Assembly (NCBI GenBank): GCA_964016885.1
Contig: OZ024740.1
Coordinates: 59,148,001-59,212,000 of the forward strand
DNA: 64,000 nucleotides
Direction of reading: 5' to 3'
Source: Eledone cirrhosa
Taxonomy: Eukaryota
Below, piece by piece: positions 24,437-36,602 of this stretch (position 1 is its first letter; the number at the start of each line of letters is the position of its first letter). Position numbers and translations under genes: made by a program. Below the pieces are notes generated by a model. It saw only the letters and a list, made by a program, of their open reading frames with translations, had not been told where the DNA came from and ran no database searches.

Positions 24437-26267
24437 CTGATATATTCCATTATTTATTTTTAGTTTAGGTTCCTTTGTTTGCCAACGTCATTATTATTAT
24501 CATCATTATTACCATTGGTTTTTGATGACTCTTTATTTTAGCTCTCATAATCTTTTGGCTACTGTACCATATCTGTCTTCTAACGCATTAGATTTTCACT
24601 ATTACACCTTTTGAATTATATAAGATTATATATTTTACGCTATTTATTTTATTTTTATTTTTATTTTTACTTTTATTTTTATTTTTATTCGGATTCTTCT
24701 TTGGATAAACCCCCCCCCCCCCATGCGCACATAAACTTATTGTCATCCCCTCCAAATTGACTATGATTATATTTAACACCCCCCCCTCTTTTACGCTCCT
24801 TTCTATTAAGTAATATAGTATATCGACTATATTTTATGCCCCTTTGCATCCTCCATATATTTCTTCATTTCTGTCCCTATTGGCCTACCTTAATTCTGCT
24901 TAAGTCATTTTTTAGGTATTGTGATGTATATGATAGGAAAAAATTTTCATTCCTTTTTGTAAACATTTGTAACGAAATATTAATGTTTATAAACTTTAAT
25001 TACTTAAACTATAGCTAATATTATACTGCCTTATTGGATAGTTTAAATATTTTTAATATTAATTTATCAAATAGGGTTTTCGAGTCATTTTCACGGGTTA
25101 TTTCCTTAGGTTTTACTTAAATACTTAAATACTTAACTGCATGTGAGACCTAAATGCATACGTTTGTTTTTGTTTTTTAATCTCCGGGTGATTCTATTTA
25201 TTTATTTATTTATTTTATTCTATATTTTATACTGTATATTTTATTAATATTGTGCATTGCATTTACTGTCTGGCATTTACTCACTCATCCATATATATGT
25301 ATGTCTACCAACCTTGTAATTATAAGTAATTATATATTATATTATGTTAACTTATTTTATATAATATATTATATTATATTGTATTTTTTATTGTAATATT
25401 GATCCTTATCACTTACCGTTAATTATATGTAACATTATGATATGTTAAACTTTATATATCATGTAGGATCTTTGTACTTTTGTACCAACAAAATTCCTTT
25501 GGGGATATTGTACAATTTATTTATTTTTCCTCGCCTACTCTGTAACCCAATATGAATTGATTTGTTAACTTGAGTACCATTATATATTGTTGATTATAAG
25601 TGTTAGTATATTGTATATTATAGATCTTGGTATGTTATATTATATTATAATTATATTATTATTGTGACATCTATATTGTTTGTGTAAATTAACCGGAGAT
25701 TATCCATTCTATTATATTGTATTATATAGTATATAATTGTATTGTTTATTATTGATTATATATGCTACTTATAATTATATCATATTATTACCCCATGTAT
25801 ATTGGGTAGATGTATTAGTATTATCATTATTATTATTCTCATTCCTATCATGCTCATTTTCATATTCAAACTCTTGATAAGGTTAAATTTGTGCAGTTGA
25901 AGATAGATGTGTGTATTGTTGTAGGTGTATGTGTGTGTGTGTGTGCACACATATATACATATGCATAATGTACCTTTTGATTTTCCATTGTAACTTTAAT
26001 GTTGGTAAAGGTATAATTATATTATATTACATTATATTATATATGATTCCTGATCTATATAACCACCTTTGTCTAGCTCTAGGTTTTTTTTGCTTTGGAC
26101 TATATTTGTAATATGGTTCTTAATGTCACATACATCCTTAGTAATTTTCATTATATATTTTTATTATTTTTATTATATATTTTTGCAATACTTTAGTATA
26201 TGTACACTCCATATTCTTCGGAGCTTCTGGCTTGTATCTGCTGTTATTACTTCTTGTTGTTTGAATT

Positions 26268-26305
26268 GCCCTGATGAGTCCTTAATAGGACGAAACATTG
26301 TCGGC
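26268..26305 (+). ncRNA. Minimal type I hammerhead at the PLE 3' end
   Basis: GCC CUGAUGA GUCC uuaaua GGAC GAAA CAUUG UC GGC, then AAUAAA at 26307. Confidence 0.88.
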
Positions 26306-26350
26306 TAATAAAGACTTTTGATGTATTGAAGGCTTCTTTGTTTTACTCTC

Positions 26351-26416
<66 letters not shown>

Positions 26417-26423
26417 ATATATA

Positions 26424-27012
26424 CAGTGTGCGGACGATATTTGTTCGCAAGATTACTGTCTAGGAAAAAATAACACAGTAGTTTTATTTTTTAAGATATA
26501 TTTATCAAACTTGGCTCAGTTTGTCTTCATGACTTCTTCTTTCAATCTCACTCGATAAATCCACCCTTGGCTTTGATGACGGCCTCAAGGTCGCCTCGTA
26601 ACCGGCTACAGGCCTTCGTCATTTTCCCCCGACTTAGGCCCCTCAAGGCACTTGTGATCCTGGCCTTCAGATCGTCTTTCGTATTGCAGCTAGATCTGTT
26701 GGTGTCTCGTTCCACTGCGCCCCAAACAAAGAAGTCAAGGGGGTTGCAGTCAGGCGAGCTGGGAGGCCAGATGTCAGGTGAAGTGTGGTCGACGAAGTTC
26801 TCTGACAGCCAGGCTTGGGTCTTTCGGCTGGTATGGCATGACGCCGAATCTTGCTGCCACACGTACGGCCTACCTGCAGCTACCTGGTCAATCCAGGGCT
26901 TTACTACCTCGCTCAAAACGCAGATGTAGCCATCGGTGTTCAGCTTGAGGCACTCAGGGAAGAAGTGAGGTGGCATAACGACACCTAAGACCAATGTTGT
27001 CGCTGGAGTTGA
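26424..27012 (-). mobile_element. Tc1/mariner DD37D (maT-type) transposon, 3' remnant
   Basis: QQDSASCH...WPPSSPDCNPLD with 37 residues between the two Ds; terminus TA|CAGTG at 26424. Confidence 0.85.
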
Positions 27013-27126
27013 CATATAATATATATATATATGATATAAATCTGATATATATGTATTATATATATACATATGACATATATATATATATATATATATGATA
27101 TCCATATTACACATATATATATATAT

Positions 27127-27663
27127 CCGTACACAAGAGATGTAGTGGGATAGCAGGCAAACTAACAGGTAGGGAAAACTACGTATGCAGTAGATGTACA
27201 GGAAACGTTGGTAGTAGTAATCGCAGTGATAGACACATTTTTCCAATGCAGGTGGGTTCTATAGAAGTGGTTGATAGCTTCCGGTACCTAGGTGATCAGA
27301 TTAGCATGGGAAGGGGGTGTTCCGAGGCCATAGTATCTAGAATAAGGACGGGCTGGAAGAAGTTTAGGGAGCTACTTCCTCTGTTTACAAAGAAGGGTTT
27401 CTCCCTGCATACGAAAGGATGGTTATATGATCCCTGTGTGAGATTTGCGATGCTGCATGGTAGTAAGATGCTTGGTAGGGAAGACACAGTAGAGGTAGAC
27501 CACGGAAAAGATTGGCGGAGTTGGTGAGAGCAGACCTCAGATCGCTGAAACTTACCGAGGAGATGACGAAGGACCGTGACAAGTGGAGAGATGCTGTGCT
27601 GAATAGGACCCGTCCAACCCTTGCAAGCAGGGAAAAGCGGACGTAAAATGATGATGATGATGA
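27127..27663 (+). mobile_element. Internally deleted 3' fragment of RTE subfamily C
   Basis: Matches 63300-64000 with an internal deletion; tail gcaagcagggaaaagcggacgtaaaa(TGA)n. Confidence 0.88.
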
Positions 27664-27782
27664 TATATATATATATATCATCATCATCATCTTCGTTATA
27701 TATGATATATATAAATGACATATATATACAAATGACATATAGTATATATATATATATATATGATATAAATGTGATATATATG

Positions 27783-27856
<74 letters not shown>

Positions 27857-28171
27857 GACATCATCATTTAACGTCTAACTTCTACGCTAGCATGGGTTTA
27901 TATATACATATATATATGACATGTATATATGATTTATTTATATACATATATATATATCATATATTACATATACATATATATATATATATGACATATATTT
28001 ATAAATATATATATATATACATATGTGATATATATATGACATATATATATATATATGATATATATATATATATATATATATGACATATATATTACATATA
28101 TATACATATATATATATATATATATTACATATATATATAAATATGATATATATATATATATGATATATTAC

Positions 28172-30255
28172 ACACATAACTTTGATAACTTTGATAGGTT
28201 TCGGCCAGTCTAACTTATTAACACCACTTGGCGAAGTCTTACAAATCAGTGTTTGGGCACCATGGCCCACTCGAGCAGAGAGTTATTGTTTACGGAGGCA
28301 TATCCGGGTGTAGGAGGCTTATCCGGGATTTCTTGAAGGAATTTATCCAAAGAATTCTTGTACTTGATGGGGTCTGTCTGTGCTTTGATGTGTTTTGGTG
28401 TAATGTTAAAGAGTGCAGGGCCAATTGAGGTGAAATAATTATGCCGTGTTGTTGTTATGTGATGCGAGTGGGATTTTTGTCGTGGGCGGATAGCACGGGA
28501 CCCAAGCCTTGGGTGTACACTAAAGGTGATGCCAACATCATTTGGGCTAAGCTGACGGAATATTTTCCACATCATACAGATAATATAGCGCTCACGGCGA
28601 CGTTGAAGAGAATAAAGTTTGAGCTTTTATAATCGACCCCAATAGTCAAGGCCTGTCATGCCAACTATCTTTTTTGTAATTGACCTTTGGGGTGCTTCAA
28701 CTTTCATGATACCTTTTTTTCGTGTGGGGTGACCACAGTGGACAACAGTATTCAAGGTGGGGTCGGGCAAAAGTGGCGAAGAGAAAGACAACAGTGTGGA
28801 TATCTCTCGACTGGAAAGTTCTGAGAATCCAGGAACACATTCTGCGGGCCATATCAACTGTGCTGTTTATATGAGTGGCCCAGCTTATATTGTTGTCCAC
28901 AATTACTCCCAGGTCTCTGATGTTATTGGAAGACCCTAGAGTTTCACCAGAAAGAAGAGAGTATGGTAGTTTCAGGGCATCCTTTTTTCCAAAGTGGATT
29001 AGTTCAAATTTATCCTCATTCAACAGCATATTATTCTACTCTGCCCATTGGATAACAGCCAGTAGGTCTGACTGAAGACAAGTCCGGTCACCCACCTCAT
29101 TGATGACCCTTTGGAGCTTGGAATCATCTGCGAAGATTCTGATGTTACTGTGTTTGATGATGTCAGTAATGTCAGTAATGTCATTAATGTAGATGATGAA
29201 AAGAAGTGGGCCCAACACAGTGCCTTGTGGGACGCCACTGCTGACTTTGGCAGGGCTTGATTCTACTCCTTCGACTACAACATGCTGGGTTCTGCCTGTC
29301 AGGAAACATTTGATCCACTGTAGTAACCTTCCAGAGACACCAACATTGGATAGTTTTTTCAGTAGAATCTTATGATCAACCCTGTCGAAGGCTTTGCTGA
29401 AGTCAAGGTAGATGACATCAGTGTTGGAGCCCTCTCCCGAGGCTCTCAAAAGATCGTCAAAGTGATGCAGGAGCTGCGTTAAGCAGTCCCTTCCATTACG
29501 GAACCCATGTTGGTTGGAGTTCAGCAGGCTGTTACTTTCAAGAAAGTGGGTTATTCGTGATCTCACCACCCTCTCAAATACCTTGATAATATGAGAGGTG
29601 AGTGAGATCGGACGGTAGTTCACTGCAAGGGACTTATTTCCCTTTTTGAAGACTGGGACAGAAAGTTTTCAGGAATATAGCCAGTGTCCAGTGAGTTCCT
29701 CCACAGATTAGCAAGAGGAGTTGCAAGTTGGTGTCGACACACCTTCGGGATACAAGCAGGGAACCTGTCGGGGCCTACTGCTGAATTGTGTTTAATTTCG
29801 TTTATTGCCGCTAAAACATCAAGGGCGCCAAACGTTATGTCTGATATAGTGTGTTGGGGGTTAATATCACTGATACGGCCCAGATCGGCCATATCAGGGT
29901 TGCTGAAAACAGAGCAGTATTGTTTCTGCAGTATCTCGCCCATGGTTTTGGCATTGTCCTAGAGTGTGCCATTTTCATCAACTAGGGGGCCAACAGTGGA
30001 GACGGTGACCTTGTGTTTTTTAGCGAATGAGAACACTTTGGGGTTGAGTTTGATTTTCTCAATGGCCCACCTCTCTTCAGCTATTCTCTGGTTATTGATG
30101 ATGGTCATCATGCATTGCTGGAGGTTATATTTTTTTGACTCAAGCAGAGTGATAGCCATTGAATGTGTGTGTTGCTGTTGGCAGTATTTTAGTGTGTTAA
30201 TTTTTTTGTTTGTTCATTTTATTTTTCTGATAATTGTTTTTCTGTTTTGGGGGGA
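28172..30255 (-). mobile_element. CR1-group LINE, 5'-truncated and degenerate
   Basis: NYRPISLTS, QHGFR, YLDFSKAFD, SGVPQGTVLGP, FADD, RPHLEYC; short tandem tail (ataactttg)2. Confidence 0.88.
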
Positions 30256-30307
30256 TACTATATATATATATATATATTATATATATATATTATATATATA
30301 TATATTA

Positions 30308-30635
30308 ATGGAGGCACATGGCTTAGTGGTTAGAGCATTGGCCTTGCAATCGAAAGGTTGTGAGTTCAATTCTCAGACCGAGTGATGTGTTGTTTCCTTG
30401 AGCAAGACACTTTATTTCACATTGCTCCAGTTTACTCAGCTGTAGAAATGAGATGATAGGGACTGGGTCTATATCATTCCACTGCAAAGTGGTCGTGGAG
30501 GTGCACCAGCACCCAGCACTCACTGTAAATGAGGTTGGTGTTAGGAAGGGCATCCAGCTGTAGAAATCAAGCCATAATCAGTTCCCGTCCCACCCTTGCA
30601 AGCAGGGAAAAGCGGACGTAAAATGATGATGATGA
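30308..30635 (+). mobile_element. SINE family 2
   Basis: Full tRNA-like head through to the (GAT)n tail. Confidence 0.88.
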
Positions 30636-30646
30636 TATATATTATA

Positions 30647-30686
<40 letters not shown>

Positions 30687-30690
30687 GATA

Positions 30691-30721
<31 letters not shown>

Positions 30722-30762
30722 ATATTTATATATATATATATAATATATATATATATATATAA

Positions 30763-31140
30763 TATGCATAAGGAAAGTATATACTTTCATACATTCAATC
30801 ATCTGGCAGGAAGGTATACAGTGCTGATGATAGCTAATAAGCTTGAAACTAGTACATCGTTCCTTTGTCAGTGTTGAACAAAAGGGCAACGATAGTTGCT
30901 AAACACTGTACGGCTTAATTCAGCATGTTTGTTTACAAACACACCAAGCATTATAATAAATGTTCGGTAAATCCATACGTACATATATATATATGTGTGC
31001 ATGTATGTATATATATACATACTACTGCACGTCTGTATACATATATGTATGTACGTATACATACTTATATTTAATATACATACTTATATTTAAGTAACAG
31101 CTGTACTAAGAGTGAGAAATGAAATTCGTTTCATTTTTTA
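30763..31140 (+). mobile_element. 424-bp family retrozyme-like copy, HHR at 30819-30859
   Basis: GUG CUGAUGA U AGCU aaua AGCU U GAAA CUAG UA CAU; reverse complement of 13125-13480. Confidence 0.8.
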
Positions 31141-31185
31141 TTAATTCAAAATATTAACAAAATAGATATTCTTGTGATCATGTAT

Positions 31186-31250
31186 ATTTTATTATACATA
31201 TTTCAGAGGTACTGAGTTAACTTCAACAGTATGTCCTCATCAGATAAAAT
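31186..31250 (-). ncRNA. Type I hammerhead with extended stem II
   Basis: AUUUUAU CUGAUGA GGA C AUACUG...CAGUAC C UCU GAAA UAUGUA UA AUAAAAU. Confidence 0.78.
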
Positions 31251-32961
31251 AAGATGATGCATGACATACCCTGACATAGTAGATGGTTAAGATTCAGTCA
31301 TGGTAGTGAGTAATATATGACAAAACTCAATATTTATATACCTTAATATTGAAACATGAAAAAAACCTACATATAATACATATAATAGAGAGGGTGCGTG
31401 TGAGAAAGCTTAAAAAATACAAAACAGCGATATAATTGTTAGAGATTGAAATAATTTAAATTACTAAAGAAAGAGGAAAGAAAAGAAAGGCATAGAGAAA
31501 GAAACAGATGAGGGGATAATATAGCTAGTAGGAGCCTAGAAAGCAAAAGAGAGTTGATTACAGAGAGAGAGATAAAGAGGAATAATTTTTATAGTGTAAT
31601 ATATAGGGAGATATTAATTAGAACAATATTTGGGCTTAGCTTTAGGAAAAAGAAAAAGAAAAAAAAACAACTAAATTCATTGAATTATTGAATTATCTAA
31701 AAGTATTCATCAATCGAAATTTTAAATATAATTGGGTGTATTCATATGAATGTTAATACCAAGTCTTTAGATAATTATCTATATACACAATATATATCCA
31801 AACATATCTGGTTGACCGTTAACATTCAAATCATTTAATTTAAGTTAGTTCAGAGTAATGAATAATATTTTAGGTTATAAAAGTTAATAAATATCTGTAT
31901 TAATATTAAAGTATACTATTATATTTAATTTATAAAATCAAATTTTATTAAATCAAACTTAAAGGATTTACAAACACGAGAAAGAAAACAATGTTTTTAC
32001 ATCCTCACGAAGGTAAACTTTACTAAATTTATTATATAATATTAAATTATTTATATTATATTGAAAATAGCTTACATTATATAATTTAGAAAATAATTAC
32101 AGTTATAATTTTAAAAGAATTTTAAGATTACCAATTCGAATGCCTAAAGGATCAACAGGCCTTATAATTAAACTTAAAAAAGTTTGATTATTAAATTATA
32201 TATATGCGTTTATCAAAAAAATACACAAAGATTATATTGTCTAAAGATTAAGATGATACCTCTCAATTAGACATAACATAATACAATACAATAAATAAGT
32301 TACTGATAATATTGTTAAAATTAATGTTTTAGATCAATTATTATAATAGGATCATTTAATAGATATATACTATAAATATACAAGTCAAAACATCATGAAT
32401 CCTAAGGATAAGGACTAGATTCAAAATAAAAAGTGAAAAAGTAAAAATAATGAATTGTTTGCGATCATAAAAGTGCCCAATATCAAAAAATATAATTTAA
32501 AAATGCAAGAGAGTTTTTTTTTAAATTTATATAGTAGACTAACAACACTCCTAAAGTGTCCACGAAGATGATAGAAAGAGGAGCTAAGGATTTCAATGAC
32601 CCGAAGGGAACCCGAATTTAATTAAAATAAATTAAATTAAATTAAGTAATAATCGTTATATAATTTAGAACATTAAGAAAATATCTAACAATTATAACAA
32701 TAGAGTCATTTAAATATCCAAATTACTTATAAATGTTATTATACTAGATAAACAGATTTGTTCAAATATATATAGAGAGTATTATAGGTATTAGTGAAAC
32801 GATATACATATATTTCGTTTCTGAATTTGTTTAGCAAGATTATTTATCTGAAATCGTGTGTTGAAACTGATATTGTTATACTTGGGGAGGGTCATGTTGC
32901 GATATACATATAATAAATAAATAATTACAATCATTATTAGTAATCTTATTAGTAATCTTAG

Positions 32962-33143
32962 GGCGGTGGATTGGCAGTATCGGTAGAGAGTCGGACACCA
33001 TGCTTTGAAGCATAGAGTTAGGTCCCTTTATTATCTGAGTTCAAATCCCGCCGAGGTTAACTTTGCCTTTCATCCTTACGGGGTCGATAAAATAAAGTAC
33101 CAGTAATGTACTGGGTAATTGCTGGCCTAAAATAGAAACAATT
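32962..33143 (+). mobile_element. SINE family 1 nested in the PLE UTR
   Basis: Matches 5397-5580; attagtaatctta occurs on both sides (possible TSD). Confidence 0.85.
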
Positions 33144-34724
33144 ATTAGTAATCTTATAATTGTAGTTTTACATCCAGTTCAGTGGAAAGAAAGACCAATA
33201 TTTGTCGACTAGTATCATTTGTGACATTTAAACCTAAATATATATAAAAAAATATATATGTACAAATCTAACTTTCTGAATCCTAAAACATACTCAAAAT
33301 GAGTAAAATATATAATGCATGAATGATTTACGGTTCAATTATAACCGGTTATCTTATAAGTTATATATCCAAATTATATATTTAAAACAAAAACAAATAT
33401 ATAAGGATCCCAATCTAAATTATATATATCTAAAATAATCCAAAGGTGTGCATACATGTTAACAAATAATATGTTTATATACCTAAACAGGACCCTTTAG
33501 TCTAACATTAATTCTATCATAAATGAATAGAAAATAAAACATTATTAAGGTTTTATAATCTGTTATAACGTTTTAGGTACACAGTTGATAAGAGACGTCA
33601 AAAGTTAAAACCTGTTTATTTAGTGTTTTTTCCTAACTTTTTGCGAGGCTTGGAATGTAGACAAAGCTTTATGAAGGCAGTTTGAGAATAATTCACTTTT
33701 TTTGTTAATTAAGTTTTCATAATTAGTAATTATTAATAGGGTCTCCATGGTTGCAATTAGGTGATATTGACGAATTCGAGTCAATTCTACTATTACATAG
33801 CTTCGTCCAAAAAATCGAGTATTTAAAATTTTTGTCTTTTAATGACCATATAAGTTGTGATAAAGAAGTCGAAGACTGCCTATTAGGGTTCGAAAAAGAG
33901 CATTTATGATTCCCAAATCTCGATTTAAATGTCGAAGAAGTTGCCCCTATATAGTTGTATGTGATGTTATTTGCTTTTACGGTGCATTTATACACCAAAT
34001 TGCTATCCAGACAATTATTTTGCAGAGGGCAATCTGGTTTATTTCTACAATTACATTTCAATTTATTATTATTATAATTTATATTAACACTATTATTACT
34101 TCGAAATGTTCTATTGATAGTGCTTATATTGCTGTTAATGTTATTCATAGTATCAATATTGTTAGTGTTATTATATTCATTATTGTTAAATGTATGCTGA
34201 TTATGGCTTAGAATTCTACTATTTAATTTAGCGATGTTTTGGGCCATATTCATAGTTGTAGAATAAGAAAGCTTAATTGTGTGTCTATTAATTATGGAAC
34301 GGTATTTATGTTGAATAGAGAAGGAATTATCTAAAGCTTTAAAGAATAGATTACCGAGTGGTGTTTTTATTGATACAGAAGCAGGGGGGGGGGCATATAA
34401 CTGATTTAGTTCTGTTTTTTTCCCCCGATTTATTCACAGTACTGGTGTTTGAATTTTATTTTTTAGAATTTCGTTTATACATGTCAGTTATATTATTATT
34501 TTTATCAGGATTATAATTCAAATTATTATTGTCTATATATTCTATGTTATTTTTATAACCTACCTTTCTTAGCGCATGATTGTAATATCCTGCTTTTTCA
34601 TCAAATATGGATTTATTAGCAGATATTCTAGTTATGCATTAGTTATATATGATATATCATATATATATATAATATATATGATATATAATATATATATGAT
34701 ATATATATATGATATATAATAATT

Positions 34725-35500
34725 TTTTTTGTCTTCTTTGCGCATGCGTTTGCGTGTGTGTATAGTGTTTTGTTTGATGTGTGTTCGTGATTGGGTGACT
34801 GTGTATTGGTTAATGTATTCTACCTTTACTAGTGTGTGTTTATATGTGTTTGTTGTTATTGTGCTTGTGTATGTATTTATTTATTTATCTATTTATTTAT
34901 ACTTCTCTTAGGTCAGTGTTGTTTGTTTGGGTGTTGTTATTCTATTCATTTTTTCTGTTTAGCCTTGGCCTTCTAAGTTCTATTTCACTGGCCTCTCTGA
35001 TTTGCCTATCTGCTGGGTCATTTCTATGTTTAGATATTACTCTAATTTCTATGTTGTCTATGTTACCGTCGTGTTGTTGTCTGGCATGTTTGTCTAGTAC
35101 TGAACCGTTTTTTCGTCCTTTTAGTTCCCCCCCAGCGTTGGTCTATCCTTTCACCTATGCTACGAGCTGTCTCGCCTATGTATGTTGTTGTCATGTTTCT
35201 GCAAGTACCCTCTGTACATCTTATGCTATAGACTACGTTTCTAGTTTTACAGTTTATCCGGGGGTTTACCTTACATATAATACATGTCCTATTAGTACAG
35301 TGGGTTTTCTTAAAGGGGTAGGTTTTGCTGATCAGGGATTTTATGGTGGTTCCTGGCTTTTCTACCACCTTAATATTTAAGTGGGTCTTTCTCAAGGCCT
35401 TTCTACACTGGTTAGATAATTTCCCTCCAGGGGTAGCGTCCACAAACATGACGCTCTGGTATCTCTGGTTGCCGTACCATGATGTGGCTCTCCCTACCAA
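34725..35500 (-). mobile_element. Penelope-like element of a different lineage, GIY-YIG fragment
   Basis: VMFVDATPGGKL, CTNRTCIIC, CKTRNVVYSIRC, YIGETARS. Confidence 0.75.
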
Positions 35501-35579
35501 AATATACGGTAGTGTCCAATCCGTATGAATAACTCAATGTAATCCAAATATCATGAAAAGAGAAGATGTTTTCAAAAGT

Positions 35580-35852
35580 TATATCCGGGTGTAGGAGGCT
35601 TATCCGAGATTTCTTGATGTGTTTTGGTGTAATGTTAAAGAGTGCAGGGCCAATTGAGGTGAAATAATTGTGCCGTATTGTTGTTATGTGATGCGAGTGG
35701 GATTTTTTTGGGTTTACACTAAAGATGATGCCAACATCATTTGGGCTAAGCTGATGGAATATTTTCCACACCAAACAGATAATGTAGTGCTAACAGCGAT
35801 GTTGAAGAGAATAAAGTTTGAGCTTTTCTAATCGACCCCAATAGTCAAGGCC
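35580..35852 (-). mobile_element. CR1-group LINE 3' fragment
   Basis: Matches 28300-28655 with deletions. Confidence 0.8.
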
Positions 35853-36004
35853 TATATATATATGATATATATATATATGATATAGAATATATATATATGA
35901 CATTTAATATATATATATATGACATATAATATATATATATATATGACATATAATATATAACATATAATATATATATATATGATATATATAATATATATAT
36001 ATAT

Positions 36005-36320
36005 CATTTCATTTTACGTCCGCTTTTTCCCTGCTTGCAAAGGTGGGACGGGAACTGATTCTGGCTTGATTTCTACGGCTGGATGCCCTTCCTAACACCA
36101 ACCTCATTTACAGTGAGTGCTGGGTGCTTTTTTGCCGTGGCTCCTCCACGACCACTTTGCAGTGGAATGATATGGACCCCAGTTCCTATCATCTCATTTC
36201 TACTGCTGAGTAAACTGGAGCAATGTGAAATAAAGTGTCTTGCTCAAGGTCTGGGAATTGAACTCACAACCTTTCGATTGCAAGGCCAATGCTCTACCCA
36301 CTAAGCCATGTGTCTCCATA
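36005..36320 (-). mobile_element. SINE family 2
   Basis: Reverse complement of 30308-30635. Confidence 0.85.
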
Positions 36321-36333
36321 TATATATAATATG

Positions 36334-36433
<100 letters not shown>

Positions 36434-36446
36434 AATATATATACAT

Positions 36447-36591
<145 letters not shown>

Positions 36592-36602
36592 GAATAATAT
36601 AT

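Larger units (their letters stand above)
22760..26352 (+). mobile_element. 5'-truncated Penelope-like element (Naiad-like)
   Basis: RT C-terminal part plus GIY-YIG ORF, ~1.9-kb AT-rich 3' UTR, terminal HHR and AATAAA; (TA)n on both sides. Confidence 0.88.
31140..34640 (-). mobile_element. 5'-truncated Penelope-like element (Naiad-like), degenerate
   Basis: ORF 33723-34253 (CNCRNKPDC, LVYKC, NYIGAT), long AT-rich UTR, HHR at 31186. Confidence 0.75.
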